Positions 1 through 7,712 of a stretch of DNA of 39,505 nucleotides are shown here, piece after piece. The position numbers and the translations under genes were made by a program. Each line of letters starts with the position of its first letter. Position 1 is the stretch's first letter. Location: the IMG/VR virus record IMGVR_UViG_3300037714_000280, positions 1-39,505 of that record. The stretch is one strand, 5' to 3'. This DNA is from a virus. Lineage: Duplodnaviria; Caudoviricetes. The notes beneath the pieces were generated by a model, which worked only from the letters and a program-made list of their open reading frames with translations, had not been told where the DNA came from and did not search any database.

Positions 1-737
1 GTGTCCGAGGCGCGGGTCACGTAGGCGGTATAGAGTTCCTCGCGCAGGTGGCGGTTGTCGGCATAGGTGAGCACCGGGTAATAGGACGGGAATTCCAGGG
101 TGAACACCCAGCCTTCCATGTCGCGCTGCTCGGCCGTCTGGCGTGCCAGGGCCCGGGCACTGTCCGGCAGGCCGGCCAGCTCGGCCTCGTCCAGCACCTG
201 CCGGGTCCAGGCATGGGTGGCGTCGAGCAGGTTCTCGGAGAACCTGGATTGCAGCGAGGACAGCTCCTGCTGGATGGCCTTGTAGCGTTCGCGCCTGGCC
301 GGTTCCAGCTCGATGCCGGAAAGGCGGAAGTCGCGCAGGGCGTTGTCGATGACGCGGCGCTGGGCCGCGTCGAGGCGCGTGTATTCCTCCCCGTCGGCGA
401 TTTGCCGGTAGGCACCGAACAGACCCTCGTGCTGACCCAGCTCGGTGCCGTAGGCGCTCAGCTTGGGCAGGCAGGCATTGTAGGCGGCGCGCAGTGCGTC
501 GCTGTTCATGACGGCGTTGAGGTGGCTCACCGGCGACCAGGCGCGGTTGAGCCGGTCCTCGAGGTCTTCCAGGGGCCGCACCAGGTTGTCCCAGGTATGG
601 GTGTCGTGCTCCGCCAGCAGGGCTTCGATGGCCTGGCGCGACTCGGAAAGTATGCTGTCGATGGCCGGTTCCACCTGTTCGGGGCGGAGGCGGCTGAAGG
701 GCGGCAGGTCCTGGAGGTCGAGCAGGGGATTGTCCAT
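1..737 (-). CDS. prlC: Host oligopeptidase A (peptidase M3), 5' part; runs off the window edge
   Basis: Manual minus-strand translation from ATG 737: MDNPLLDLQDLPPFSRLRPEQVEPAID...WDNLVRPLEDLEDRLNRAWSPVSHLNAVMNS...DFRLSGIEL...FSENLLDAT...GWVFTLEFPSY...LREELYTAYVTRAS, the characteristic OpdA/PrlC N-terminus. Missing from the ORF track because there is no stop in the window. Confidence 0.93.
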   Translation of the reverse strand, partial: MDNPLLDLQDLPPFSRLRPEQVEPAIDSILSESRQAIEALLAEHDTHTWDNLVRPLEDLEDRLNRAWSPVSHLNAVMNSDALRAAYNACLPKLSAYGTELGQHEGLFGAYRQIADGEEYTRLDAAQRRVIDNALRDFRLSGIELEPARRERYKAIQQELSSLQSRFSENLLDATHAWTRQVLDEAELAGLPDSARALARQTAEQRDMEGWVFTLEFPSYYPVLTYADNRHLREELYTAYVTRASD

Positions 738-831
738 GGGCGAGATCCAGTCACGCAAGCAACAGCTGTGCACTTTACCCGATAGCTGCAAAGAATTCTT
801 TGGAAAAATCATGACAGCCCGGTACAGGTCC

Positions 832-836
832 CTTGA
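832..836 (+). repeat. 5-bp target-site duplication, left copy (CTTGA)
   Basis: CTTGA immediately precedes TGT at 837; the identical CTTGA immediately follows ...CACA at 39398. Confidence 0.92.
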
Positions 837-850
837 TGTAGCGCGCCGCA

Positions 851-883
851 TAATTTGCGACAGATTAACATTTAATTTGCGAC
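851..883 (+). promoter_or_regulatory. Tandem transposase-binding sites at the methylase end (R-end-like)
   Basis: TAATTTGCGAC at 851-861 and 873-883 (22-bp period). The core TGCGACA lies at positions 20-26 from the terminus. Confidence 0.8.
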
Positions 884-885
884 GC

Positions 886-1692
886 CTAAAATAGGGGCAT
901 GGAAACCGTTGATTTCCGGCCGTTCTCGGCGTGGTCGTTCCAGATCAGGAGCTCCCGGGCCTGGCTACCGGATCCGCCCCCTACCGTGTAGGTGATATCG
1001 AGGGTTTCCATGTGGAGGCCCTCGAAGGCTCGGCGCATCTCCTGGTGGTCATTGACGCTGATCACCATACTGCCAGCGACGGTGCGGGCCAGCTCCCCCA
1101 TATCGAAGTACTCCTCCAGCCCGAACTCCACCCCGTATCCCTCTGTCTCCCAATAAGGGGGGTCCAGGTAGAAGAGCGTGTGGCCACGATCATATTTCTC
1201 GACCACCCGCCGCCAGGGCAGGTTCTCCACGTAGGTGGACTGGAGCCGGAGGTGGGCCTGACTCAGCTCCTCCTCGATGCGCAGCAGGTTGAGCCGGGGC
1301 GGGCTGGTGGTGGCGGTACCGAACACCTGGCCCTCGACCTTACCACCAAAGGCGAGCTTCTGGAGGTAAAAAAACCTTGCCGCCCGCTGGATATCGGTCA
1401 GGGTCTCCGGGACGGTTGCCTGCTGCCATTCGTACACCTGGCGGCTGCTCAAAGCCCATTTGAACTGCCTTACAAACTCCTCCAAATGGTGTTTAATGAC
1501 CCGGTACAGGTTGATCAATTCGCCGTTGATATCGTTGATCACCTCCACCTCAGAGGGCGCCTTCAGGAAATACATCGCCGCGGCGCCGGCGAATGCCTCC
1601 ACATAGCAGGTGTGGGCTGGAAACCGCCTGGTGATCGGGTCCACCAGCCGGCGCTTTCCCCCAATCCAGGGGATTATCGGTTTGTGTTGCAT
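886..1692 (-). CDS. D12-class N6-adenine DNA methyltransferase (Dam-like), 268 aa
   Basis: PWIGGK, YVEAFAGAAA, EVINDIN and LFYLDPPY motifs. Start moved to ATG 1692 (GAGG Shine-Dalgarno 5 nt upstream). Occupies the position of Mu mom at the genome end. Confidence 0.92.
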   Translation of the reverse strand: MQHKPIIPWIGGKRRLVDPITRRFPAHTCYVEAFAGAAAMYFLKAPSEVEVINDINGELINLYRVIKHHLEEFVRQFKWALSSRQVYEWQQATVPETLTDIQRAARFFYLQKLAFGGKVEGQVFGTATTSPPRLNLLRIEEELSQAHLRLQSTYVENLPWRRVVEKYDRGHTLFYLDPPYWETEGYGVEFGLEEYFDMGELARTVAGSMVISVNDHQEMRRAFEGLHMETLDITYTVGGGSGSQARELLIWNDHAENGRKSTVSMPLF

Positions 1693-1833
1693 GTGAGCCT
1701 CATGTCGCATCAATTATGGTAGGCTCTCTTTGCCGCGTCGACGTGGCAGAGGGCCTTGCCTGACTCACAGTGCCGTTTCACTGCGTTTTGGGGTCCCGCC
1801 TCGTGTTGACGCACGTGGCTGGTCGCCCTCTCT
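1693..1833 (-). ncRNA. Structured 5' leader, probable D12-methyl RNA motif
   Basis: Closing stem AGAGGGC/GCCCTCT (1831-1825 with 1754-1748); inner hairpins GCC-A-CGTG/CACG-A-GGC and CGCAGTG/CACTGTG; a TGCC..GGCA hairpin; and a GAGCCT/AGGCTC stem covering the SD. Context matches the described D12-methyl motif. Confidence 0.65.
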
Positions 1834-1850
1834 TTTTTAAACCTTCTTAG

Positions 1851-3698
1851 TCACACCCAGCACACCGGCTGGCTCTGCGCCCACACGACGGCCCCGGTCT
1901 GCGGGCAGTAGGAGCCGAACGGTCTTTCGCCTTCCGGTTCCGGCCCCAGCAGCACCGTGCCGGCATCCTGGCCGCCAGGGTGCATGGCTCCGTAGTACAG
2001 GGCGAACGATCCCGCCTCGGTGCTGTAGCCGGATACCACGCCCACAACCAAGTTGCTGTACCGGACGGGCGACCAGTTCGCTGTGCGCTCCTCCAGATAC
2101 CAGTGATTTCCGCCACGGTAGGTGGTGAATGCGGTATAGAGCCCAGGCGGGCTCTGCAGCACGTTCGCCACCAGCTCCATATCCGCCAGGTCGCATATCG
2201 TCGACTGCACGATGCCGATGTCGCCCTCGCCCTGCTCATTTACGAGGTTGACAGTGTGGCTCTCCGCGTGCCCGGTCCCGCTGAAGGTGGCGCTGTTGCT
2301 GATCGTCCAGTTGGTTTCCGACTCCCCCGGTCCGGACGGATGCCACGGTGGATCTCCGCCCAGCGCCGCCCAGTCCAGGCAGTTCGTCGAGAAATCCCAC
2401 GCCGTGTTGACCGTGCCGCTCAATGCGGCCGTGACCGGGACGCTCATCGCGCCGAACTGATAGGTGATGTCCAGGGTCTGCGTGCGCGTGCCGGATTGAG
2501 TCGTCGTCCACACCCGGCTGTCGGTTGCGCTGCCGGCGTCAAAGTCATCTTCACACCCAGGCGGGATCATCCGCCACCAAGTCGGATTCTCCCAAACCCA
2601 TTCTCCGCTCGGGGTAACCACTGGCAGGTCCATGATTAATGCGTCCGAGAACGACACGGACATGGAGAACTCCAGGAGCGAATCGTCTGCCGGGTTGAAG
2701 GCCAGCCCGATGATCCGGGTATAGCTGACCGTCTTGGTATAGGTCCCGGTGTACGCTGTGAAGCTGCCAACCACGTTGCTCACCCCGCAGTCGGGGAAAT
2801 CCCATCCCGTCCCTGGCCCGAGCGCATCATACTCTGCGACTCCGGCGGGTCCGACGGTGGCTGTGTGCGTGATACGACGCAGGCCGTCCACGCCGTCCGA
2901 ACACTCCTCGATCACCTCCGTCTCTGTGCCGCCATAACAGATGCGCACCATATCCATGTGCGTTACCGAATCGTGCGACTCATTAACGGTCGCCACGCCG
3001 ATGGTCTGCTCTCGCGTGCGGAGCACCGATAGGGTCGTGATCGCGTCTTCCCCTGGTCCTGATATGGTCAGCAGCAGGAAGCCGAACGGGTCGCGATGGG
3101 TTGTCCCGCCGGGTGCGTACAGCATGATGATCGCCTGCCCGCCATCAGAGGAAATCGACTCGACGCGGGCCTTGGAATTGTCCGTATAGACGGCGCTCAT
3201 CACCGGCGTGTCCTGTCCGATCCCGGCGAGGGTGGTCGGGTATGAATGGGACTCTGCGACGCCCGGGAATTCACCGAACCGGGTCAGGCTCACCGTTTCT
3301 GAAAAGCTGCCGGAGGTCACACTCGCCGCCTTGCCCAGGAACGATGGGCACTCGACAAGCCAGCGGGTTCCCACTGGGTCGATGTATATCCACCCGTTGA
3401 GCGGCTGGCCGTAGAGCTGCCCGCGCATCCCGGTCAGCGTGGCCGTGTCTCGCCACTCGTGGCCGTTCGCTGTATCGCGCGCGGCCTGCTCCGGTGTGCG
3501 GACTACCGGCGGGACGCCCGGCGCTCTCACAAGGTGTGACGTGCCGGCGATGTCGAAATTCGAGCCAAACATCTCCGGCTGCGGGTATGCGATGACCGCC
3601 CCGTTCGGCAGCGTGAGCTGCCCACCCGACACCAGGCCGTGATATGGCGTTCCCAGGGCTGTCGGCACGCTCATCCAGTAATTACGCCGGTCCTTCAT
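1851..3698 (-). CDS. Putative tail-tip / receptor-binding protein, 615 aa
   Basis: Last gene of the tail operon; Thr/Ser/Gly-rich, beta-like composition; N-terminal GTPYHGL..GGQLTLPNG motif; overlaps the upstream stop (ATGA). Function inferred from position only. Confidence 0.55.
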   Translation of the reverse strand: MKDRRNYWMSVPTALGTPYHGLVSGGQLTLPNGAVIAYPQPEMFGSNFDIAGTSHLVRAPGVPPVVRTPEQAARDTANGHEWRDTATLTGMRGQLYGQPLNGWIYIDPVGTRWLVECPSFLGKAASVTSGSFSETVSLTRFGEFPGVAESHSYPTTLAGIGQDTPVMSAVYTDNSKARVESISSDGGQAIIMLYAPGGTTHRDPFGFLLLTISGPGEDAITTLSVLRTREQTIGVATVNESHDSVTHMDMVRICYGGTETEVIEECSDGVDGLRRITHTATVGPAGVAEYDALGPGTGWDFPDCGVSNVVGSFTAYTGTYTKTVSYTRIIGLAFNPADDSLLEFSMSVSFSDALIMDLPVVTPSGEWVWENPTWWRMIPPGCEDDFDAGSATDSRVWTTTQSGTRTQTLDITYQFGAMSVPVTAALSGTVNTAWDFSTNCLDWAALGGDPPWHPSGPGESETNWTISNSATFSGTGHAESHTVNLVNEQGEGDIGIVQSTICDLADMELVANVLQSPPGLYTAFTTYRGGNHWYLEERTANWSPVRYSNLVVGVVSGYSTEAGSFALYYGAMHPGGQDAGTVLLGPEPEGERPFGSYCPQTGAVVWAQSQPVCWV

Positions 3699-4018
3699 GT
3701 CTCGGTTGCACCCGGGTCATCGAAATTAAACTTAACCTCGTTGCCTTCCGCATCTGTCATCACCATCGTTTTAATCGGCTCCACTTCGAGGACGAATATC
3801 CCGTCAGAGCTTGTGATGCCCATGCCCGTGTAGTACTCCCGGGTGGTGTGATTATCCTCGGTCAGCGGGCTGGCGATGCCGGACACGCCATCTCCGGATG
3901 CAGCCGCGAAGCCGGGCTTTTTTCGCAGTGGCCCGCGCGGCGGTGTGTCCGGTAGACGATTGGCTTTGCGCTCGCCGAGCAGGGTGCGGAGGTGCCTGAT
4001 TAATGCCTCATTCGCCAT
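3695..4018 (-). CDS. Small tail-region protein, 107 aa
   Basis: Tightly packed in the operon with a GGAGG SD; GIASPLTE..REY..TSSDG motif. Confidence 0.65.
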   Translation of the reverse strand: MANEALIRHLRTLLGERKANRLPDTPPRGPLRKKPGFAAASGDGVSGIASPLTEDNHTTREYYTGMGITSSDGIFVLEVEPIKTMVMTDAEGNEVKFNFDDPGATET

Positions 4019-4019
4019 G

Positions 4020-6770
4020 TCACACCTCCATGCTCAGTGGTTCGTTCGGGATAGTGATCTCATACGATGCGTGGGCTTCTCGCTCCACCGGGTCCCGGAA
4101 CCCTTCCGCGATCTCCGGGGTCTGCACGGAGAATCTTCGCGGGTACGTCTCCGCGCCCGGTGTGATCGTCGTGTAGTTTCCCGTGAATCCGGTCCATTCC
4201 TGGTTATATGCCGGCGCGCCCGGCTTACCGCCCAGGTGCGTCCCCTGAAACGCCGACGCCGGCATGCCCTCGGATGGCGCGGTGTTCGGCGGTTCTGGCA
4301 GAGCCAGGTTGTCGTTCGCACTGTCTGCCACCCCTATTGCCCGGGACACCCGTATCGTGATTTGCGTGGTGGCGCGGGCGCTGAGCATGTCCATCTCATG
4401 CACCAGCCGGTGCACCTTTCCGCGCGCAGCCACGCCGGCGGAATCGACGGATACGGTGTGCAGTCGATCCAGGCCCGGCTCCAACGGCTCGATGAACGTG
4501 ACCTGGTTCCTGCGGTGCGCATCCAGAGTCTCGGTTTTCGCCCTGTTCAGGACCACGGCTGCGGCGGCGGCCACCTGGTCCCGATCCGCGGCGTCGGCAA
4601 CCCAGTCGCCATAGATGTCCTGTTGCGCACCTTCCGGAATATCGGTGTCGTCTGTTTCCTCCCACGTCGCCGAATCGTAGTCGGTGGCCACTCCTATATT
4701 CTGCTCTCGCACCAGCTCGCCGCACGCCGCAATGCTCTGCGGCGCCCTGAGTTCCAGCCGATAGGTTTCGGTGATCCACTGGCTCATCCGGATGGATGCC
4801 GACCAGGTTGCCGCGAGGACGAACCTCCCGATGCCGTTGTTTATCCAGTTCGATCCATCGCCACAGGGATCATTTTCGCTGTCGGGCAGATAAGTGAAAT
4901 TGATCGGCCCGACCGCCGCCCCCGCCCCGTTTGCGGCCGACGAAATCATGTCATCGGTCGGCAGCTCGCTCGAGTCATCGAACCAATGGCAAAACGTGCC
5001 ATTGGAATCGTGCGCCCATCCGAACGGGATCACCCGGTGCCGGTTGCGTGAGAACCGGTATTGAAATTCTATGCGATGGATATTGAATACGTCCGACCGT
5101 TCCACCAGGGACACCTGCATGGAACTGTCCAGGGTGTCGTTATATTCGAAGTCCGGGACCGCTTTGGCGGTCCACGGTGTGACCACTATCGACTGACCGT
5201 TCGGCAGCATATCCAGGCTGTCCGGCCGGGTGCTCATCCGGTCCTGCGCGTATTGCCACCCGTCCGCGTTTTCGTCGAACACATCGGGGCTCCAATGGCC
5301 ACCGCATATCGTGTCCAGCGCAGCTTTCGGCATATCGGCCAGGGTCTGCTGCAGCCTGTCCGTGCACATAAAGGTCACGACGCGGCTGGCTGGGTCGTAT
5401 ATCGGCATATCCACGACCCCGGTAAATATCCGCACCGGGTCACCGTCCGCCTGATATTCGATCGTCACCGTGGCGCCGATCCAGTCCGATAGAGATACCA
5501 CACCGCCCACCGGCGCCAGTGAAAATTCCGCGATCCTGGCCACCGATTCTTCCGCCTCTACGCGAACGATTCCGGTCAGGCGGCTGGAGACATCCACCCC
5601 TCCGAGGATTACAACCGCGCCCCACTGGTTTCCGGACACACTCACCAGCGACGTGCCAACGGCCACCGCAGACGGAGGCGTAAGGCTTGCCGGCATGATA
5701 TCGCCCTGCGCCTCGGTTCCTGCCGGTGGGGTCGCGTAGAACGCGCCCCGCATTTTCTCATGCCCGTAGCTTTCCAGGATGTTTGCGAACAGGTACGTTC
5801 CGCCCCAGCCTGTATAGGTGGCATCGTTGATGAACGCAACGACCGCTTCCGCCATGTTGACGACTACGGTCCCCGAGTACTCAGTGCTGGTGTTCCCGGA
5901 ATCCTGCGCGACCGCGGTCGATACGCTCAGGGATAACGAGTCATAGTCCTGCGGAGCATCCGCCGATGTGTCTTCCGATGGCGTGAACCATAGCCTCAAG
6001 GTCCGGTCGCCGTCGGTGTCCGCGTGGGTACCTGACGCCACCGACACCCCGTTGACGATAAAATCCCATGCCCCCTGCTTTGACAGTACGCCGACCACAA
6101 CGTCGCCGATCTGCAGGCTCCCGGCGGGCACATCCATTGCGGTTCGCTTGATGAAACCTATGAACTGGTTGTTGCCCGCTGCAGCCGGCGCGAACTCCGC
6201 CAGCGCCTCCAGCTCCATGTAGGCCTCGCCGTTATAGGCCAGGTTGTCCACGAAGGTGTAGCCATCCGACGCCGGTGCCTGCATGGGGCGGAAAAACGCA
6301 TAGAGCCCGAACGGGTCGTTATGTATCCAGAAATCATCAAACAGGGGTTGCGCCGGTCCGGCACTGGTCGCGCGCGGGAGAACCAGTTCTACATTTTCCG
6401 ACGGGAGTGCGGTGTATACAGCTGTGCTGCGCGTCAACCCCATATTCAGGGTGTAGGACACATTGTCGACGCTACCGAGGGCGGTTACGGACCCGACGGC
6501 CGTGGCGGTGGAGGTGTGCGTGACCGAGCCATTGCTGGCAATGGTGAAGCCAGTCATGGCGGGAGATAGTTCGGTGCTGGGGACCACTACCGGGTCCACC
6601 TGCCCCTTATTCAGCTTGGCAAACCCGACCAACCCGGGCCACGAGTCATCATGGAACATGGCCGGCGGGAACGACACCACGAATTCGACCGGGATGTCGG
6701 CGATGTCGTCATAAACCGTGGAGAACAGGTCTACCGGCGCATCCGCGAAGCTGGTGACAATATCGACCAT
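4020..6770 (-). CDS. Large tail-tip/hub protein, 916 aa
   Basis: Third gene after the tape measure. The C-terminal part (GGVDVSSRLTGIVRVEAEE...RIFTGVVD.P.YDP) resembles a tail hub; the N-terminal ~380 aa is a distinct beta-rich region. Confidence 0.65.
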   Translation of the reverse strand: MVDIVTSFADAPVDLFSTVYDDIADIPVEFVVSFPPAMFHDDSWPGLVGFAKLNKGQVDPVVVPSTELSPAMTGFTIASNGSVTHTSTATAVGSVTALGSVDNVSYTLNMGLTRSTAVYTALPSENVELVLPRATSAGPAQPLFDDFWIHNDPFGLYAFFRPMQAPASDGYTFVDNLAYNGEAYMELEALAEFAPAAAGNNQFIGFIKRTAMDVPAGSLQIGDVVVGVLSKQGAWDFIVNGVSVASGTHADTDGDRTLRLWFTPSEDTSADAPQDYDSLSLSVSTAVAQDSGNTSTEYSGTVVVNMAEAVVAFINDATYTGWGGTYLFANILESYGHEKMRGAFYATPPAGTEAQGDIMPASLTPPSAVAVGTSLVSVSGNQWGAVVILGGVDVSSRLTGIVRVEAEESVARIAEFSLAPVGGVVSLSDWIGATVTIEYQADGDPVRIFTGVVDMPIYDPASRVVTFMCTDRLQQTLADMPKAALDTICGGHWSPDVFDENADGWQYAQDRMSTRPDSLDMLPNGQSIVVTPWTAKAVPDFEYNDTLDSSMQVSLVERSDVFNIHRIEFQYRFSRNRHRVIPFGWAHDSNGTFCHWFDDSSELPTDDMISSAANGAGAAVGPINFTYLPDSENDPCGDGSNWINNGIGRFVLAATWSASIRMSQWITETYRLELRAPQSIAACGELVREQNIGVATDYDSATWEETDDTDIPEGAQQDIYGDWVADAADRDQVAAAAAVVLNRAKTETLDAHRRNQVTFIEPLEPGLDRLHTVSVDSAGVAARGKVHRLVHEMDMLSARATTQITIRVSRAIGVADSANDNLALPEPPNTAPSEGMPASAFQGTHLGGKPGAPAYNQEWTGFTGNYTTITPGAETYPRRFSVQTPEIAEGFRDPVEREAHASYEITIPNEPLSMEV

Positions 6771-6774
6771 TGGG

Positions 6775-7203
6775 CTATGCGCTTAGGTTGAACGGAGTGG
6801 TAAACGTCACGATGAGAGGCCCGCCAGAAACCACCACCTCGGAACCGAAATCCACGTAATGCAGCAGCGGGTCTGCGCCTGCGTCTCCGGTGCTCTGATA
6901 CAGGATGCAGCCAACCGCCGTAATCTCCACCTCCGCATAGGCAGGCGTGGCCGCCGCGAACGTGACGCCGACTTGATTGTTGGCTACATCCACCGATCCT
7001 ATCGCCGCCGTCACGGCAAACCCGCCGGCCTCGTACCCTGTGCCGACCGCCTCGATGGTCACGTCGCTGCGCCAGACCCAGTTGTCAAGCTGGGCCTCCG
7101 TCGGCGCCGCCGACACCAGCAGGCCCTTGATGTCTCCGCCCGCATAGTTCACCAGGCCGCGCGCCAGGTGGTCCGCCAGGTGAGTGAAATTCTGCGACGC
7201 CAT
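6775..7203 (-). CDS. Minor tail structural protein, 142 aa
   Basis: Start at ATG 7203 overlapping the upstream TAA, with a GGAGG SD; MASQNF...E..GTGY.AGG...LLHYVDFG pattern typical of phage tail proteins. Confidence 0.65.
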   Translation of the reverse strand: MASQNFTHLADHLARGLVNYAGGDIKGLLVSAAPTEAQLDNWVWRSDVTIEAVGTGYEAGGFAVTAAIGSVDVANNQVGVTFAAATPAYAEVEITAVGCILYQSTGDAGADPLLHYVDFGSEVVVSGGPLIVTFTTPFNLSA

Positions 7204-7712
7204 TACACTTCCTCCGCGCTCAGTGTCCACCGGAACGCTGCATTGGTTGCGTCCACCTCCTCGCTGGGCCCGTCTGTAAACACGGTCAGTAACGGGTAAT
7301 AATCGATCTTGTAGCGGCTCGCGCCGGCGACCGGGGTGATCGTGGCCTCGTTGCCATCCATTGCGACGGCGGCGCTCTGCCAGCCTCCCCCCACCAGGGC
7401 CCACGCGACTGGCGTATAACCGGCGTCTGAGCGGCGCGCAGCCGGCAGATCCACCACCAGGGCGGACGTCATCATGGACCGCGTCGCCACGCACGCGAGC
7501 TGCAGGGGCTGGCTGTAGTCGATCGCATCCAGGCCTGGCGGAATCCATCCATCCGCCTGGATGCTGGTTCGCAATTTTCGCCAGTGGGTCTGCTTGATAG
7601 CGGCGCCCGACTGCATGCGCAAAACCGTGGACCCACCTATCGGCTCATAGGTTTGGCGCAGGGACAGGCTGGCATGAATGGGTACCTCTATACCTCCGAT
7701 GATGAGCTTCAT
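7203..7712 (-). CDS. Distal-tail-like protein, 169 aa
   Basis: Immediately follows the tape measure (ATGA overlap); QTYEPIGG...RMQSGAAIKQTHWRK...RWTLSAEEV. Confidence 0.65.
   Translation of the reverse strand: MKLIIGGIEVPIHASLSLRQTYEPIGGSTVLRMQSGAAIKQTHWRKLRTSIQADGWIPPGLDAIDYSQPLQLACVATRSMMTSALVVDLPAARRSDAGYTPVAWALVGGGWQSAAVAMDGNEATITPVAGASRYKIDYYPLLTVFTDGPSEEVDATNAAFRWTLSAEEV

Noticed and set aside
48-785. 245-aa + strand ORF
   Set aside because: Antisense shadow of prlC, which is recognisable on the minus strand.
1851-7712. Gin-type invertible tail-fibre segment or com/mom
   Set aside because: No serine recombinase, no flanking inverted repeats and no Com/Mom-like ORF were found.
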